Under the pieces are notes generated by a model, which was not told the origin of the DNA, ran no database searches, and worked only from the letters and a program-made list of their open reading frames with translations. From NCBI RefSeq assembly GCF_003044035.1, contig NZ_NVQC01000017.1:150001-182000 (forward strand): DNA of 32,000 bases, given 5' to 3'. Each line of letters begins with the position of its first letter. Within the stretch, counting starts at the first letter, position 1. Below are positions 29,308 through 32,000 of the stretch, one piece after another. The DNA comes from Candidatus Methylomirabilis limnetica. Lineage in GTDB: Bacteria > Methylomirabilota > Methylomirabilia > Methylomirabilales > Methylomirabilaceae. The position numbers and the translations under genes are program-made.

Positions 29308-31917
29308 CTATGAGGACGCCGGCACGGCTGTGGGCTGAAATCTCCGTAAGCGGAGGGCATTGCTGACCACGGTGACCGAGGAGAGCGCCATGGCTGCGCC
29401 GGCCAGGACCGGACTCAGCATCACCCCCCACAACGGGTACAGGACGCCGGCGGCCACCGGGATCAGGACCACATTATAGGCAAATGCCCAAAACAGGTTC
29501 TGCTTGATGTTTCGCATCGTCAATCTACTTAACTGTAGCGCTGTCACGACGCTTCGCAGATCGCCCCCGATCAGGGTGATATCGGCCGCTTCCATCGCCA
29601 CATCGGTCCCTGTTCCGATGGCGATCCCGACATCGGCCTGGGCCAGGGCGGGGGCGTCATTGATCCCATCGCCCACCATGGCCACCAGCTTCCCCTGCTC
29701 CTGGAGCCTGCGAACTTCCAGCGCCTTATGTTCCGGCAGAACCTCCGCCATGATCCGGTCGATTCCGACCTGCCTGGCGATAGCCTCGGCGGTCCGACGG
29801 GTATCTCCGGTGATCACGGCCACCTCAATGCCCAGGTGACGTATGGCAACTACGGCCGACTGCGAATACGGCTTCACGACGTCGGCCACAGCCACAATGC
29901 CGAGGAGCCGGGCATCGGCGGCGACGAACATCGACGTCTTCCCCTCCCCCGAGAGCGCTTCCGCCTGCTCGCCCATCCCGGCGAGGTCAATCCCGCGCTC
30001 CCGCATCAGAGCGATATTGCCAAGGAGAATCTCCCGCCCCTCTACGACGGCCCTGATCCCATATCCAGGGATCGCCTTAAACTCCTGCGGCTCGGCCACG
30101 TCGAGCCCCTTTGCCTTGGCGTAATCAATGATCGCCTGTCCAAGCGGGTGCTCGGAGCCTTGTTCCGCCGATGCCGCAAGCCGAAGTAGCTCCCGCTCAT
30201 CCGGGCTCAGCGATAAGTTTCGAGTTTCGGGTTTCGGGTTTCTGGTCAAATTCGATGAAGAACTCGAAACTCGAAACTCGAAACTCGAAACAACATCCGT
30301 AACTACCGGCTGGCCGACGGTCAGCGTACCAGTCTTATCGAAAATGATCACGTTCACCTGGTAGGCTCGTTCAAGGCTCTCGGCGTTCTTGATCAGAATA
30401 CCGTACTCTGCCCCCTTCCCGATTCCGACCATAATCGACGTGGGCGTCGCGAGACCCAGGGCACAGGGGCAGGCGATCACCAGCACGGCCACGAAGTTCG
30501 AGAGGGCAACGAGAAACGCCTGCTCACCCCCGAGCAGCAGCCAGACCCCGAAGGTCACGACCGCGATAACCAGGACGATCGGCACAAAGACCCCGGCGAT
30601 CTTATCGACCAGTCGCTGGATGGGCGCCTTTGATCCCTGGGCCTGCTCGACCAATCGGACGATCTGGGCGAGGACGGTCTCTTGTCCCACCTTGGTCGCC
30701 TCGAACTTGAAGCTGCCCATCTTATTCATCGTTGCGCCAACCACCTGATCGCCCGGCCCCTTCTCCACAGGGAGGCTCTCCCCGGTCAGCATCGATTCAT
30801 CAAGCGCCGATCGACCCTCGCGGATAATCCCGTCCACCGGCACCTTCTCCCCCGGCCTGACCAATACCAGGTCGCCGGCCCTAACCTCCTCCACCGGGAT
30901 GTCTTGCGCGAGGTCCCCACGGATTACCCGAGCGGTCTTGGCCCGAAGTCCCATCAGTGTCTTAATCGCCTCAGAGGTCCGACCCTTCGCCTTGGCCTCA
31001 AGCCACCTTCCCATGACGATCAGGGTCATGAGGATGCTCGCTGTGTCGTAGTAGGTCATCGCCTCCATCCCCGTCGGAGCGATGGCCGCAGGGAAGAAGG
31101 TGAGCGCCGCACTGTACAGGTAGGCCGCATTCGTCCCGATCGACACCAGGGTGTTCATATCGGCGGTTCGGTGTTTCAGACTCATCCAGAACCCTCGATG
31201 GAACTGCCAGCCGACCCAGAACTGTACTGGTGTGGTAAGAACAAAGAGCAGGTTGGGGTTGGCGAGCAGCGAAGGCGCCCACGGGAACCAGTCCGGAAAA
31301 CTGCCAAGCAGGATGGGGACGCTCAGGGCCGCCCCAACCAGAAATCTGGTCCGAAGCAGGCGGATCTCCGCATCTGCTGTCGCCTTCTCCTGATCGGGCG
31401 TTGGGACAGCATCCATGTCCGGGACAACATACCCGGCCGCTTCGATTGAGTTGCGCAGATCAGCCGGCTGGGTGACGGCGTCAAGGTAGGTCACGCTCGC
31501 CCGCTCCGTTGCGAAGTTGACGGAGGCGGAGACCACCCCCGGGACTTCCAGCAACGTCTGCTCGATGCGCTGCACGCACGAGGCGCAAGACATCCCCCGG
31601 ATCGGGATCTCGACTACCCTCGTGTTCGCACGTTGCACCTCGGGCGCTACACTCAAAACCCCCCTTTGCCCCCCTTTGCTAAAGGGGGGGGCAGGTGGTT
31701 TTGGACTTTGCCCCTCTGCCTCTGCACGCCCTATCCCCATATTCCCCCCTTTCGTAAAGGGGGGGTGGGGGGGTTTAGTCACATACTGCTCCGGCGACTT
31801 GTCGAAGGCTTCTTTACAGCCCACCGCGCAGAAATAGTACTCTACCCCTCGGTAGCGGCTCGTGCCTGCGGCCTCCTCGGGGAGCACATCCATACCACAA
31901 ATCGGGTCTCTTGCCAT
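29308..31917 (-). CDS. copA: Copper-translocating P1B-type ATPase with N-terminal YHS/TRASH and HMA domains
   Basis: Domain and motif evidence: the YHS domain (DPICGMDV...[19 protein letters not shown]), the HMA motif GMSCASC, TGES, the CPC motif ([11 protein letters not shown]), DKTGTLT, SEHPLG and [10 protein letters not shown]. Confidence 0.93.
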   Translation of the reverse strand: MARDPICGMDVLPEEAAGTSRYRGVEYYFCAVGCKEAFDKSPEQYVTKPPHPPFTKGGNMGIGRAEAEGQSPKPPAPPFSKGGQRGVLSVAPEVQRANTRVVEIPIRGMSCASCVQRIEQTLLEVPGVVSASVNFATERASVTYLDAVTQPADLRNSIEAAGYVVPDMDAVPTPDQEKATADAEIRLLRTRFLVGAALSVPILLGSFPDWFPWAPSLLANPNLLFVLTTPVQFWVGWQFHRGFWMSLKHRTADMNTLVSIGTNAAYLYSAALTFFPAAIAPTGMEAMTYYDTASILMTLIVMGRWLEAKAKGRTSEAIKTLMGLRAKTARVIRGDLAQDIPVEEVRAGDLVLVRPGEKVPVDGIIREGRSALDESMLTGESLPVEKGPGDQVVGATMNKMGSFKFEATKVGQETVLAQIVRLVEQAQGSKAPIQRLVDKIAGVFVPIVLVIAVVTFGVWLLLGGEQAFLVALSNFVAVLVIACPCALGLATPTSIMVGIGKGAEYGILIKNAESLERAYQVNVIIFDKTGTLTVGQPVVTDVVSSFEFRVSSSSSNLTRNPKPETRNLSLSPDERELLRLAASAEQGSEHPLGQAIIDYAKAKGLDVAEPQEFKAIPGYGIRAVVEGREILLGNIALMRERGIDLAGMGEQAEALSGEGKTSMFVAADARLLGIVAVADVVKPYSQSAVVAIRHLGIEVAVITGDTRRTAEAIARQVGIDRIMAEVLPEHKALEVRRLQEQGKLVAMVGDGINDAPALAQADVGIAIGTGTDVAMEAADITLIGGDLRSVVTALQLSRLTMRNIKQNLFWAFAYNVVLIPVAAGVLYPLWGVMLSPVLAGAAMALSSVTVVSNALRLRRFQPTAVPASS
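30217..30291. repeat. Inverted repeat of 7-nt units (GTTTCGR)4 ... (CTCGAAA)4 lying in frame inside copA
   Basis: GTTTCGAGTTTCGGGTTTCGGGTTTCTGG, then a 17-nt spacer, then CTCGAAACTCGAAACTCGAAACTCGAAAC. It is translated as [25 protein letters not shown]. Confidence 0.85.
31654..31777. repeat. Two family-A GC palindromes lying in frame inside copA
   Basis: The two copies are CAAAACCCCCCTTTGCCCCCCTTTgctAAAGGGGGGGGcaGGTGGTTTTGG (31654-31703) and TCCCCCCTTTcgtAAAGGGGGGGtGGGGGGGTTTA (31743-31777). They are translated as [11 protein letters not shown]...[13 protein letters not shown] in the linker between the YHS and HMA domains. Confidence 0.85.
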
Positions 31918-32000
31918 TACCAGCTTCCCAACTCTTGGCGTCTGCCGCTGAAGCCTCCTCGACCGGCCAAAAGATCAAACAGCATGACAATGGAACGAGG
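31917..32000 (-). CDS. 3' end of an unidentified upstream gene, translationally coupled to copA
   Basis: The minus-strand frame reads ...[27 protein letters not shown], and its TAA shares one base with the copA ATG (TAATG). It is too short to identify. Confidence 0.3.
   Translation of the reverse strand, partial: PRSIVMLFDLLAGRGGFSGRRQELGSW

Noticed and set aside
1-32000. Mobile genetic island, prophage or defence system
   Set aside because: I recognised no integrase, transposase, recombinase, restriction, Cas, toxin-antitoxin or phage structural genes in any frame. Gene content is housekeeping, envelope and metal homeostasis.

Overview
This is a GC-rich, densely coding bacterial chromosomal segment with about 32 CDS, mostly on the minus strand. 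I saw no rRNA, tRNA, CRISPR, transposase or phage genes.

Gene content, left to right:
- a tungsten-type aldehyde:ferredoxin oxidoreductase plus a polyferredoxin
- a SAM-methyltransferase, alanine dehydrogenase and a HAD phosphatase
- a small operon: a 115-aa hypothetical, a glutaredoxin-fold gene and a 36-aa membrane peptide
- a LOG-family protein, endonuclease III and an archease
- an ECF sigma / anti-sigma / CpxP-like trio directly upstream of a TolC-MFP-ABC (MacAB-type) efflux operon
- a GSA-aminomutase-like aminotransferase with GlcE-like and GlcD FAD oxidases
- dnaA, preceded by four perfect DnaA boxes and an AT-rich tract (candidate oriC at about 19.9-20.3 kb)
- an HpnA-like epimerase
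- a minus-strand envelope/metal block: CcdA, two M16 peptidases, DUF192, HtrA, a 49-aa YHS protein, a Tat-signal PCYCGC-domain protein and a YHS-HMA CopA P-type ATPase

Main hunt results:
1. The ORF track misses one gene and truncates another. Each carries an in-frame TGA exactly at the first Cys of a redox motif: U-P-Y-T in the glutaredoxin-like gene and U-G-M-C in the PCYCGC protein. Each TGA is followed by a SECIS-like hairpin, so both are candidate selenoproteins. The second sits inside the copper cluster.
2. The window holds an unusually rich set of short palindromic repeat families: GTAG-headed REP-like hairpins, nested CCCCCCTTT..AAAGGGGGG palindromes, and inverted arrays of 7-nt and 9-nt tandem units with G-quadruplex potential. 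Several overlap stop codons, and two families are inserted in frame inside copA.

All functional calls come from motif recognition by eye. No database search or folding program could be run.
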